The notes under the pieces are model-generated. The model was not told where the DNA came from and did not search any database. It worked only from the letters and a program-made list of their open reading frames with translations. The translations under genes were made by a program, and so were the position numbers. DNA of 64,000 nucleotides from the human T2T-CHM13v2.0 reference genome, Homo sapiens. Below are positions 34,789 to 56,020 of this stretch, piece by piece. The DNA lies in NCBI RefSeq assembly GCF_009914755.1, contig NC_060929.1; one strand, given 5' to 3'. How positions within the stretch are numbered: the first letter of the stretch is position 1; each line of letters begins with the position of its first letter.

Positions 34789-34922
34789 GTAATTTCTTTT
34801 CTCTTCCTTTCTCTGCTTCTTTCTTCTCTTCTTCTCTCCCTTCTTCCTTTCCTTCCGCCCTCCTTTCTTCCTTCTCTCCTTCTTTCTTTTCATGTATCTA
34901 TTCAACAAACAAGTATTTAGAG

Positions 34923-35135
34923 CAGGAGTGTTCAATCTTTGGTTTCCTTGGGCCACATAGAAGAATTGTCTTGGGCCACACATAAAATACATGAACACTA
35001 ACAATAGCTGATGGACTAAAACACATACACACAAATCTTATAATGTTTTAAGAAAGTTTACAAATTTGTGTTTGGCTGCATTCAAAGCCATCCTGGGCCA
35101 CATGTGGCCCGTGGGCCTTGGGTTGGACAAGCTTG
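34923..35135. mobile_element. MER30 hAT-Charlie element inserted in L2
   Basis: cagg.gtgt.caatc...ttggacaagcttg with a perfect 8-bp TSD ATTTAGAG. Confidence 0.9.
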
Positions 35136-35699
35136 ATTTAGAGCCTCCTTTATGCAACGCCAGGTGCTAGATGCTGGGGCTGCATGGTGAACAGAGGAAG
35201 GCCCCTGCCCCGGGAGACACAGCTTGATTCCCTTATGGTGTAGAACACATGAGCCATGAGGTCAGGAGCTGTGGGGTCTTGTTCACCACTGTACCCTCTA
35301 CCCCTACCTAGCACAGCACATGGCAATAAGTACATGCTCAAAAATACTCTGAGTGAGTGAATACAAGTTGAGTGCTGCCACACTGATTAAAGGGTGCTCT
35401 TGAAGTCCCTCAGCTGGTAAATGCCACCCTGCAGACTGCCCAAGTTCCCCTCAGGAAAAACAGAACCAGTGTACATTCAGATCTTAAGAGTGGTCATCCG
35501 GAATACGTACCTTATGAAAAAGTAAGGATATTCAGGTTCAGTAATGATATACTTGGTTTGCAAATAACACACGTTCGTTTTCATGTTGCTAAAGACTCCT
35601 TGCTAGGAAACGAAACACTTGTAATTTAATATGCAATGTTCTCAAGAGTCTGAGGCCAAACCACCTCAAGCTGTGAATGCCTTGGCTCTGAAGAGCCAG

Positions 35700-35830
35700 T
35701 CAGGGTCAGGGCAGGGCAGCACTTGGCCTGATGCTCCTCCAGAATAAACCAAACAGCCACAGGAAGTGGTTTCTGTGATTCAGTAGGTGGCACACTTCCT
35801 TTTGAGTCAGAACTGAATCACAGCTGTGAG
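35700..35830. promoter_or_regulatory. Candidate enhancer: ETS x2, AP-1 and AP-1-like x3, CTCF-like motif, E-box
   Basis: ACAGGAAGTG 35759, ACTTCCT 35794, TGATTCA 35776, TGAGTCA 35803, TGAATCA 35814, TCAGTAGGTGGCAC 35780, CAGCTG 35821, in a repeat-poor stretch. Confidence 0.55.
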
Positions 35831-36699
35831 AGGCGAAAAATACCTATTTCTTTATCCCATACTTTTTCCCTATTCCCAGTGGTAAATTTATCACAGACTG
35901 TCATATAATGTATCCTGTTTAGTTCCGCGTATTTAAGCAAACAAAAAAAATTTGGCAAATCAACTACGGGGAAGCAAGAAAGGAGGGGAAAACACAGCCG
36001 ACTGGAATTAATCCAAACGTCATTATGTCGTCACAGGGCCATATTCTCAGAGGTGATTGAAAGAATTGCCACAGTGATTTTGCTGGGGTCATTCAGGCCC
36101 CTGGTTCTCTCAACTGGAGTCTGACCCATTTCCAGTGAAAGCAGTTAGATCACACTTACATAAACTGTGTTGCTTCAAATGGGCCTGCCCTCCTCTTCAC
36201 TCACTGACCCTGGCTTGCTTCTTGGCATGTCTGCTGGAAGGCCATTCTCTGTCTGTCCCAGGCATGGCCCTAGTTCAGCTGCGGGTGAAATTATCCTGTT
36301 CTGAATGTACTGAATGCTGCTGGCAATGCTGTAAATTGTTGTGAGGCTTAAGGAAAAACCCTGTAGATATCAACAAGTCATAAAAACAGGCGTATTTTCT
36401 CTTCGTCTCTTTCCCACTGTGTGTTTTATTCTTCAATATTAACAGTTCTGGGAATGTAAATGTATTTAACTATATTTTCCTCTGATGAACTAGATTTTAG
36501 TATATAATTTGTGGCTTCCTTCCATACCAATTTGTTCATATTGATAGCATGCTTCAGAACAAAGCTTCAGAGCTCAGGCTATACATCCTATAACACTCTT
36601 GGAAGACCAGTAACCAGACTGGAACCAGAAATCTTATTGCCATGTTAATATGTCATTTTCCTTCTGTGAAATATTCCAATAATGTAAAGAATGCAAGAT

Positions 36700-36910
36700 T
36701 CAAAGTCACATAGACCCATGTACACGTTCAATCTACACCAAAGTTTGTGGAGCTGTGTGACCTTCAATAAGTCTCTTAACCTCTCTGAGCCATAATTTCC
36801 TCAGTCTGAAAAATGGGATGCTAACATAAGGCCAACATTACAGTGAGAACTAAATAAAACTTTTACATAGTGTCTAGGACAGCTCCTAGCTCATATTTAG
36901 TGTTTAAAAT
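36700..36910 (+). mobile_element. MIR
   Basis: agctgtgtgacctt...cttaacctctctgagcc...aaaatgggat core. Confidence 0.75.
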
Positions 36911-37366
36911 AAGCCTCTGATCTTTCTCTTTATTTACAATACCTTTTCATTGGGAGATGAGGACAGCATTTGGACACAACTGTACAGGCACGCTAAGTCT
37001 CATCCTTCCAAAGACGTCAGTCACATTCAGCCCCTTTAGCAGTTTCATCAACAGCATGTATAGCACATGTGATAGCAAACAGCAAGTTGGATTCCTTAAT
37101 AAAGCAGTAAAGAAGGTCAGCCAGGATGTAGGCTTTAAAGCCAAGGCCAGCTCTTCTGGGCAGGACAGTTGTGGCTGATGTATGACAGCCAAATGTAATG
37201 AGAGTCCTCATTTGACATATTGAAGCGAGCACCTCAAGGATGGGCAGGGAAAAGAACCATCAGCAGTACTCACCACCAGAGCAGCAGTGAGTGCCCAGGT
37301 CAAACTGGACAAGGGCTGGCAGACAGGTGGAAATGTGAGTACATCGTTAGATTTGAAAAGGCCTTT

Positions 37367-37672
<306 letters not shown>

Positions 37673-37944
37673 GCCCTTTTAAAATGTCCATCCTCCCATA
37701 ACCCTTTGAAGCCTCCCACGTCCCCCCAGTTCCTCCCAAATGGCATATAAAAAGGGTGATGGCTTTTAGACAAAGGCAGTAGTACTCCCCAAACAGTTAA
37801 GGTCCAGAACATCATCTTGTATATACCTGTCTTAGAGCTATCACGTTGTGTACTGGAGTTTCCTGATTACATGACAGACTCCTCTGCTAGACAAACTCCT
37901 GAAGACAAGGAGGGGTTCTTATTCATCCTTTAGCCAAACCTTAC

Positions 37945-38037
37945 CTGTAGCTCAGCATGTAGCCCATGGTAGATGCTGAACCAATTTTGTTAACGTGAGA
38001 GAAATACAAGAAAGCCAAGTCAGAAATACCATTGTTG
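37945..38037 (-). other. Candidate antisense exon (93 nt), partly L2-derived
   Basis: Minus strand acceptor ttttctaacag and donor CAG|GTAAGG. Confidence 0.3.
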
Positions 38038-38311
38038 CTGTTAGAAAACTTCAAAGAGGAATTTGTGGTCTCTGGTGCCAAGGTCCCATAAGAGTTCCAG
38101 CTGGGTGAGCTTCTTGTGAGGAAAGGAGCCAGAAGTCAGAACACATAGTGTGACAATATGAGAGAAAAGAGGATGAAAGCTGTTCTTAAATTGCACCTGT
38201 CTAAGGCAATCCGAGCTTGACACATGGTTTCTGGAGGTCTGGGCATTGTCTGAGTGGAGTGTTGATTGTATGTCTCCTGGAGCCTTCTGTTTAAATAACT
38301 GCCAGAGCAGG

Positions 38312-38322
38312 ATGACTCAGCA
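38312..38322 (+). promoter_or_regulatory. Consensus NF-E2/NRF2 antioxidant response element
   Basis: ATGACTCAGCA in non-repeat DNA. Confidence 0.5.
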
Positions 38323-38533
38323 GCCGGAGGATGAGATGCTCTTGATCTGCCGTCCTCTTTAAGTGACAAATCACATTGCCCTGGGTGTCTGTGGCAATCT
38401 CTGATATGACACACTCCTTCCTGCCAGCCCATCAACCAGGGTGGCAAGTCACAGTTACTAATCTGGAGACGGCTGAAAATTGCTGACAGGCAAGATCCCA
38501 TGCTCCAAGTGTAGAGAATCATCTTTAAAATGA

Positions 38534-39156
<623 letters not shown>

Positions 39157-39426
39157 TTGTTTCTGAAATGTAGAGACTGATTTTACATTTCTAGTCTGTC
39201 TCCATATCAAAGACTCCCTATTGTCTTCAGGATAAAGTCGAAATTCAATATCCTGACCATTAGGGTCCTATAGGAACTTATCTATACCTACCTTCCTAGC
39301 ATAATAGAATCTTAACTTGTTTTGCTTTTTTTTCTACTTGATATCGGCTTACTTCTGTTTGTTTCTTTGTTTTTGTCCCTGGCAGATAAATGGTGACAGG
39401 ACAAAGCTTTAAGAACGTGGCCTAGA

Positions 39427-40224
<798 letters not shown>

Positions 40225-40390
40225 CTAGATTTTTTTGTTTGACAAATGTTGGTCAACTTTCAAGTAGGGATTCAAGGATAGCTTAGATACGAGACTCAAA
40301 AACTATACCTATAGGAACAGAAAACTTAAATTTGTGATTTGGACTAGCTGCTCTGTGCTATGCCCGAAATAAGCTAAATAGGTTTCTAAC

Positions 40391-40670
40391 TTTTTTGTTT
40401 GTTTGAGATGGAGTCTCGCTCTGTCACTCAGGCTGGAGTGCAGTGGCATGGTCTCGGCTCACTGCCTCCCAGGTTGAAGCGATTCTCCTGCCTCAGCCTC
40501 CTGAGTGGCTGGGATTACAGGTGCACACTGCCACACCTGGCTAATTTTTTATTCTTTTTGGTAGCGATGGGGTTTTACCATGTTGGCCAGGCTGGTCTCG
40601 AACTCCTGACCTCAAGTGATCCACTCGCCCAAAGTGCTGGGATTACAGGTATAAGCCACCACACCCAGCT
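40391..40670 (-). mobile_element. AluS
   Basis: TSD GGTTTCTAAC. Confidence 0.9.
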
Positions 40671-41403
40671 GGTTTCTAACACACTTTTAAGCATTATAAA
40701 TGCTTTAACTTGTCTGCAAGGGCTGATTCAAATTTCGGATTATGTTTTTGCAACCCCTGGTTCAGATCAAAGGAATGACAATCCACACTATCCATAACCC
40801 CACTATTCACCTCTACACCATCCTTCCTACTCACTGCAAACCGTTTTCTAACAGGAATTTCCTTGGCTACATAAGTATTGTCTCTGGCGAACAAGGACTT
40901 TGGGTCACACATTTTGTGTTTCCTCAGAGTTTAGTCCAGTGGGTCCTGTCCACACTGTGGTGCTTAACACTATTGACTTGATTTGACTTTGAAAGAGGAG
41001 CTCTCCACTTACCTCCAACCTTTGCAGATTCCACTCAAGGATAATTGTGAATTGTGGTTTTTTATTTACCCCCCAGAGTTTAATTACTATTTGCAATATT
41101 AATTTCTTTTGGCAGGCAGTAGTAATTTTACAAATCTCTTTTGGAGCCCAGAGGGAAATATTTCCACTTGAGATAAATGTTTGGGTAACAACAATGAAAA
41201 CAGAAAATATTCAGACTTTTTGTGATTCTAATTCACTTGCAAGTTTTACTTTTTCTGCTTTGAGATATTCTGTAGCTATGAGTCCTTAGGAAATCCACTT
41301 TGGTTTACTTATAATAATTTTAAGCAGTATTTTAAAATGAAACAAAGTAAAACAACATGTTGTTTCATTAGGTTACTGTAAACATTTAAAAATACATATG
41401 TAA

Positions 41404-41490
41404 GGCTGGGCACGGTGGCTCACACCATTGGACTCCAGTCTGGGCAATAGAGTGAGACTCTGTCTCAAAAAAAAAAAAAAAAACAAAAAA
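41404..41490 (+). mobile_element. Mini-Alu: 5' tip fused to 3' tip
   Basis: ggctgggcacggtggctcacacc joined directly to attggactccagtctgggcaa...tctcaaaa. Confidence 0.85.
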
Positions 41491-41646
41491 CACACACACA
41501 TAGAAGAAACTCTGAAACATATAATCTCACAACCAAGGAATAACAATGGTAGGTATTCTGGAGTACACACTTTACAAAGTTGTTTGTTTGTTTGTTTTTG
41601 GAGTTGGAGGTGAGGGTAGGTGGGAAGGTGAAGTTGGGGGCGAGGT

Positions 41647-42795
41647 CTTTGTTGTTGTTTTGTTGTTGTTGTTTGAAGCAGGGTCTCACTCTGTCACCCA
41701 GGCTGGAGTGCAGGCCGCGATCTGGGCTCACTGTGGTCTTGATCTCCCTGTGCTCAAGTGATCCTCCCATTTCAGCCTCCTGAGTAGCTGAGTAGCTGGG
41801 ACTACAGGTGTGTGCCACCACGCCCAGCTGAATTGTTTTGTTTTGTTTTTATTTTGTAGAGATGGGGTTTCACCATGTTGCCTAGGCTGGTCTCGAATTC
41901 CTGAGCTCAAGCGATCTGCCTGCCTCAGCCTCCCAAAGTGCTGGCATTATAGGAGTGTGTCACTGTGCCCGGCCATCAGAATTTTACTTTTATAAGGAAT
42001 ACTGATCATGCTAGTTTGTTAACTACTTTTCAAATTTAATAATAGATGACACACCCTTTTCTATAGCTATTTAATTGTTCTAACAATTTCTTTGGCTATA
42101 ACAATTTATTCTTTTATGGCTTCATAATATATTTAGCCAAACCTTGTATTTCCCATTACTATATAATGCTACGAAGACAGTTTTGTAAATTAATATTTAT
42201 TTGAATCTCCTATTCAGCCCTACATGTAGACTTCCTGAATTGAATGTCATGATATTTCTGAAGCTGTTTTTTTTTTTTAATAGATGGCGGTCGGGCACTG
42301 TGGTTCCCACATATAATCCCAGCACTTTAGGAGGCCAAGGGGGGCAGATCCCTTGAGGTCAGCAGTTTGAGACCAGCCTGGCCAACATGACAAAACCCCA
42401 TCTCTACTAACAATATGGAAAAAAGAAAAAGATGGTTAACATTTATCTTTAGAAAATTTGTATCAACCTGGCCAAGCGCAGTGGCCCATTCTTGTAATCC
42501 CAGCACTTTGGGAGGCCGAGGCAGGTGGATCACATGAGGTCGGGAATTCAAGACCAGCCTGAACAATATAGAGAAACCCTGTCTCTACTAAAAATACAAA
42601 AATTAGCTAGGCATGGTGTCACATGCCTGTAAGCCCAGCTGCTTGGGAAGCTGAGGCAGAAAAATCGCTTGAACTGGGGAGGCGGAGATTGTGGGGAGGC
42701 GGAGATTGTGGTGAGCCCAGATCGTGCTATTGTACTCCAGCGTGGGCAACAAGAGCGAAACTCCTTCTCAAAAAAAAAAAAGAAAAGAAAAGAAA
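41647..42795. mobile_element. AluJ(- 41647-41974), Alu left arm(+ 42288-42430), AluS(+ 42470-42795)
   Basis: Alu consensus matches; the last has an internal duplication of gggaggcggagattgtgg. Confidence 0.9.
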
Positions 42796-42877
42796 ATTTG
42801 GGTCAACAGATACTCCTATGAGTGCTACGGATTTTTAGAATCACCGTGATAATCTCTTTCCGCTGCCAAATACTGTA

Positions 42878-42908
42878 TGTGTGTGTGTGTGTCTGTGTCT
42901 GTGTGTGT

Positions 42909-42953
<45 letters not shown>
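42878..42953. repeat. (TG)n microsatellite with TC interruptions
   Basis: Read directly. Confidence 0.95.
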
Positions 42954-42956
<3 letters not shown>

Positions 42957-43029
42957 TAGCAAATATTTATTGTGCACCTCCTAAGTTCTAGGCACAGGAA
43001 GGGTGAACAAGGTAGAGAACTTACTTTAA

Positions 43030-43322
43030 TTTTTTAATTTTTAATTAATTAATTACTTGTTTTTGAGACAAGTTCTGGCTCTGTCACCCAGGCTGGAGTA
43101 CAACCTCTGCCTGCCAAGTTCAATCAATTCTTGGGCCTCGGTCTCCCCAGTAGCTGAAATTACAGGCGCCCGCCACCACGCCCAGCTAATATTTGTATTT
43201 TTAGTAGAAATGGAGTTTCACCATGTTGTCTAGGCTGGTCTCAAACTCCTGACCACAAGTAATCAGCACGCCTTGGCCTCCCAAAGTGCTGGGATTACAG
43301 GCGTGAGCCACCGTGCCCGGCC
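43030..43322 (-). mobile_element. AluS in the tail of a Y1 retrocopy
   Basis: Antisense Alu between two T-rich runs. Confidence 0.9.
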
Positions 43323-43342
43323 TATTTTTATTTTTTTATTTT

Positions 43343-43387
43343 AAGACTGGTCAAGTGCACTAGTGAGAAGTGGGGAAAAGTAGAACA
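43343..43387 (-). pseudogene. 5'-truncated Y1 RNA (RNY1) retrocopy
   Basis: aagactggtcaagtgcactagtgagaagtggggaaaagtagaaca matches the reverse complement of the hY1 3' end; A-tail; TSD AGAGAACTT at 43014 and 43387. Confidence 0.85.
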
Positions 43388-43529
43388 GAGAACTTGAATC
43401 TTATTGATGGAATTGTGCAATGAACGAATTATATAATTTCAGGCTGAGTTATATGCTATAAAGAAGAGTAAAGCAGTATGTGTATGCATTTGTGCGAAAC
43501 TGGATTGTGAAGTGGGGTATAATTATTTT

Positions 43530-45713
<2,184 letters not shown>

Positions 45714-45961
45714 GGGTATCAGTATTTTAGACAGTTGGTCAGGGAAGCCCAGTATAAGGATGCAGTATCAGAATAGAAACTGTTTCTAAAACTAAGACCT
45801 TTTTATTTCAGAAACGTTTGAATGTGGACAAGTGTATAGAGGAAATAAAAGTTACCTAATTAACTTATATTTAACCCTAGCAATTTGGTTTCTTTTATCT
45901 TTTAATGTGTTCAGTTTTTGTTTTCCTATACACATATCGATATATTCTTAGAATACTACTG

Positions 45962-46590
<629 letters not shown>

Positions 46591-46823
46591 GATACTATTG
46601 AACATACTGTGCATATGCTCAGCATAGGCACACCATAGTAGCCATCATCAATTTTTCTGACCAGTGGATCTAGTGAGGAGGCTCTGTGCTTGGAAACTTA
46701 AGGTTTTGTTTTATGGGCTAATATGTGGGCTGAAATTGTTACAATTGCAATAGTCCTCTGTAATTCGGTTTAAAATATTCACTTTCCTCCTTCTCCTAAA
46801 GAGGCAGAGTGGGATATATATGG

Positions 46824-47944
<1,121 letters not shown>

Positions 47945-48189
47945 CATTTTGTTTATTTTTAGATTTTTTTAAAATAATTTATTTCTATTTTTATTGCCCT
48001 TTCCCACATATTCTGAAGATTATTGCAATGAATTTTTTTTTTTTTTTTTGAGAATCTGGCCGCACCGCAGCCAGATTCTAATTGGCCTGCTTTTGTACTT
48101 GCCTCCTCTCTCCACCCCTCACCCCAGGCCCCACACGTCCTTCTCCCCTCAGTAATCTTGTCCTCACAAAACATCAAGAGCAACTATAT

Positions 48190-48492
48190 CTATTTATCAG
48201 TTAGGGTATAGACAGGAAAGAGATGCTCACGCAAACTGGCTAATTTCAAGACAGTTTAATAAAGGAACAATTTACAAAGGTAAGGATAGGTTTGAGGGAA
48301 ATAAAAAAGGAATAGAGCAGTATCCCAGAGCGCAGGAAGTGGTTACAGGGAATGTGGACAGAGAAATAGCCAGGCCTTGGATCAGAGCTCTTTGATTTCC
48401 TTCTGACAGTCCAACCCCTCTTCCCCTCACCCCTGGCACAGGGCAAGTGGAGGAGAAAAAAGAGTGGATCTGGAGGGGCAAATAGAAGAAAC
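48190..48492 (-). mobile_element. LTR33-like ERVL LTR fragment
   Basis: gagtggatctggaggggcaaa matches the reverse complement of the LTR33 5' end as recalled. Confidence 0.55.
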
Positions 48493-48543
48493 TCTTTTAA
48501 AATGTAAATCAGAGATTTTTATTCCCTTTTCTGAATCCCCTAA

Positions 48544-48894
<351 letters not shown>

Positions 48895-48949
48895 TGGTTT
48901 TCTTAAAGAGAGATTATTCCTAAGCACCTCCTGTTCTTTCTGTCTGCAG

Positions 48950-49084
48950 AAAGACTCCGCTTCCAGAAAGATGACTGACTTACTGATTGATACATGTGGA
49001 ATGGAACACCAGGCCTGGCTCTTGACCCCCCTGGGAAGGAGTCAGCTAGCAGAAAGCAAACATTCTGTTTTGCTCTGTTGTCAG
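48950..49084 (+). other. Candidate internal exon (135 nt)
   Basis: Acceptor cctcctgttctttctgtctgcag and donor CAG|GTAAGC in non-repeat DNA. Confidence 0.5.
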
Positions 49085-49303
49085 GTAAGCCTTCCTCAGG
49101 TTCTTTCTGTCTAATATTGGGGGTGTAGGATTAGGAAGTCCCCTTACTTAACAGCCTAAAGCAGCATCTAGCAACTGGACCTTTATCTGTAATAAAGTTG
49201 ATCTGCTGGTTTTCATCTTTACTTTGAAAAGGAACTTCATTCACTCACTCACCAAGTGCTTTTTTGAGAGCCTGCTTTGTGCCAGATACTGTTCTGCTGC
49301 TAG

Positions 49304-50601
<1,298 letters not shown>

Positions 50602-50739
50602 CCCCAGTTTCATTTTTCTTCATATCACTTATCACCACCACATAGACATATATGTGTTCCATGTTCCTCCTTGTCTAGCACAGGGGAAACACTTGATCTG
50701 CTTGCTCTGTTGACAATGACTGTGAAGATGCACATATAC

Positions 50740-51180
50740 TTGTATCATGCTTATTTGTTAGCCAGACAAAGTTCTAAATGTTTTACAATGATTACCTCAT
50801 TTAATATTATATCATATCACCTCATATCAACCTTCTAAGATAAGAACTGTTATCGTCTGTACTTTCTAGATAAAGAAACTGAGGCACAGAGAGATTACAA
50901 AATCTGCCCAAGGTCACAGAGCTAGTAAGGGGTGGAGCAGATATTTAAACATAGTCAGATTGTATCCTTGATGAGAATTACAAACAGGAACAGAGCAAAG
51001 ACATGGTTTTGTTCATGTTCTACCCTCAGGGCATGGAATAATGCCTAGCACTTAGCATAAATGAATGAATAAATGAAATAATGTTATCCGTTTCTTAGAA
51101 TTATTTTGAAGATTAAAAATAGTCATGTAAAGGGCTTAAACCAGTCCATGGCACATAGTCAGAGCTCAATACAGATTAAG
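50740..51180. mobile_element. MIR and L2 fragments
   Basis: agaaactgaggcacagagag...gcccaaggtcacagagctagtaag; aatgaatgaat L2 tail. Confidence 0.7.
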
Positions 51181-52037
51181 AAAAAACAGAACTTCTGGTT
51201 AACTTTGGGCTGTATCAATACCCTCTCTCTTTATGTTCTGAACAGTAATTTGATATTGTAATGGGTTCTCAACTTAAAATTTGAAGAACAGTTCTCAAGC
51301 TATGCTCAGATCTATCAAATGTATAATTGCTAGACTCTGAACCGGACTAATGTCTTTAGTTCTAAAATCAAATAATGGGATTTTTCTCAACTCTCAGAAA
51401 ACATCAAACAAGTGAATATGATTTTCTAAATTTTAGGTGTTTCTCCCATGTATTTTTCTTAAAACATCAACTACTACATCTTATCTGCTGGGTACAAGAA
51501 TGAGTGAATAAGTAGCAAATACTAACAGGAAAAGATGGAAAGAGCCCTAGTTGGAAATCAGAAAGCAGCCATGGTTTATTTATAAATATAAGATCAAGGG
51601 AATGTGATTTACAACACCAACACTGAATATTCTTGAAAAAGAAATTAAATAAATGCATAAATATTTGTTTATCTGTCTAGGTATCTCCATTTAGATTTAG
51701 ATATGTAGATACATTTATTTGGTACTAAATCAGAGTTTTTGGGATTGAAATAAATCATCCATATTTTATCATAACACAAGGAGCACCTTTAATTTCAGGA
51801 TATTCTGCTTCCTGAACAAGTTAAATAGCCATTGAACTAGGAAAGCAAAAATAAAAAGTAAAAACCTGGCAAACTCAGTGTTAGAGATTTCCCACCGGCT
51901 CCCTCTCCACTTCAATGAGGAAGCCCACGAGAATTTTAGCAGAACTGTATTTGCAGTGTAACTTTGGTCTGAAGTTTCTTCTCCACCCAAATGGAACTCA
52001 ATCAAATATGTGGATTGCCAGGAAGTATAGTTCTATA

Positions 52038-52340
52038 ATTTTATTTTATTTTATTTTTTGAGATGGAGTCTCGCTCTGTTGTCCAGGCTGGAGTGCAGTG
52101 ACATGATCTCAGCTCACAGCTACCTCCACCTCCTTGGTTCAAGCGGTTCTCCTGCCTCAGCCTCCCCAGTAACTGGGATTACAGGCACATGCCACCACAC
52201 CCGGCTAATTTTTGTATTTTTAATAGAGACGGGGGTTTCACCATGTTGTCCAGGCTGGTCTCCAATTCCTGACCCCATGATCTGCCCGCCTCAGCCTCCC
52301 AAAGTGCTGGGATTACAGGCATGAGCCACCACACCCGGCC
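52038..52340 (-). mobile_element. AluS
   Basis: TSD TAGTTCTATAAT. Confidence 0.95.
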
Positions 52341-52896
52341 TAGTTCTATAATGTTATTCAAAGACTGTAAAGATAACTCACATAGATGATTAATTTTTTA
52401 AGTATAACTATCAAAAAATTATAATTTTTGTTTTTAATTTATAACATTTATAAAAGAAAAACCAACATACATTTTTCAGAAGTTACTCAGGAGCCTAGTG
52501 TTATCTTGCTTAATTATTTTTGCACAGTGATAGTTTCAATCCAGGCACTGGATGGCAAGAAAAATTTGCACCTTGAGAGTAAAAATGTGAAAATCACATG
52601 TCATTTGAAGGGCCTAATTATACTTTTGGAAAGGGCGCTGAACTGTAGCTATTTTCATTAGTGGGCACTGACTGCAAATTCCCACTTCAATAGAGCTTTG
52701 CTATTGCCCCCAAACCATGCCCTTCGTGTAAATATTAGTGCAATTTCTACCGCAAGCAAAAATCATGGGGATATTAACCAGATCTCCTTGAACAGTTTCA
52801 CTGAGTTCCTCCTGGCTGTAATGAATCTCCCCTAGCAGTCAGCTGAAACGTGTTTATTTAAACTATTTAAACATTCACTTGGTGCAAGATAGAGGA

Positions 52897-52917
52897 GCAG
52901 CAGCAGCAGCAGCAGCA
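52897..52917 (+). repeat. (GCA)7 trinucleotide repeat
   Basis: Read directly. Confidence 0.9.
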
Positions 52918-53909
52918 TGTTTAATGGTAATTTTCTTAGCAGAAAAGGGAGAAATACACATATACATTTATAATAACTCCTTCTTACTTTACAGAAAGGT
53001 GATACATCCCAAATCTAAAAAAGGGAAAGATAAAAAATTTTCCTCAAAAATCACTTTTCAAAAAAAACCAAAAAAGCAAACAAATAAACAAAACCCCCAA
53101 AACTCGGAATGTCCTCGTTCACTAGTTTTCCTTTCCTCTTCAGTGTTGGAATTTCATCTCCTTTCCATTGTATCTTTCATGTTGGTACATCCCCTTAGAT
53201 TAAAAAAAAAAAAAAAAGTTTCTTCCTTAGGCTATGTTACTGAAACCAGTCTAGTCTCACCTGTAAGATCTAGGCAGCCATGGGAGTAACTTCTTCCTGT
53301 AACAGAATGAGTCTCTCTAGCTCAAAGAATCAGCCTGGTTTTCACAAGCAAGCCACAAAAAAATGTTATCAGGTCTATGGATCAGTCTGAGACCTGCTCT
53401 ATCTTCCTAGAACAGTTTCCACATGTGATAAGAAGTGCATAATATGCTTCAGAAAAATGTATATAGAGCTGGAGCTGGAGGACTCCCTGTTTAAAATGTG
53501 GATTAACACAGAAAAAAATCGCAAGGAACCATGTATTGTGATCACAAGATACAGCTGCTCCTCACAGGTGCCCAGCCTCATGAAAGACACAACTAAGCTT
53601 CTGTTGCATTTTATTTTTTAAAATATTTGTTGTTTTGTATTCCCAGTAGAATGACTACTCTGCTGCATTTTAAACACATCTGGTCACGTTACACAGTAAA
53701 ATAAATAATTTCCATATCTCTATTTCAGTTGTCTTGTATATTTGTGGTTCATACATCAACTAGCCCACTTTGTGGTGCTTCAGCTTTGCCTAGAATGTAA
53801 CACAAATGTAAACCTCAATGTATCTGAAGAACTAATGCTTATATTTCATTTTTTCCTATATCTCCATTCGTTATAACCTATAATGTTTTCTATAATTATG
53901 TAAAAATAA

Positions 53910-56020
<2,111 letters not shown>

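Noticed and set aside
52879-53289. 136-aa ORF with poly-Ala
   Set aside because: Non-ATG start, runs through A-tracts, low complexity
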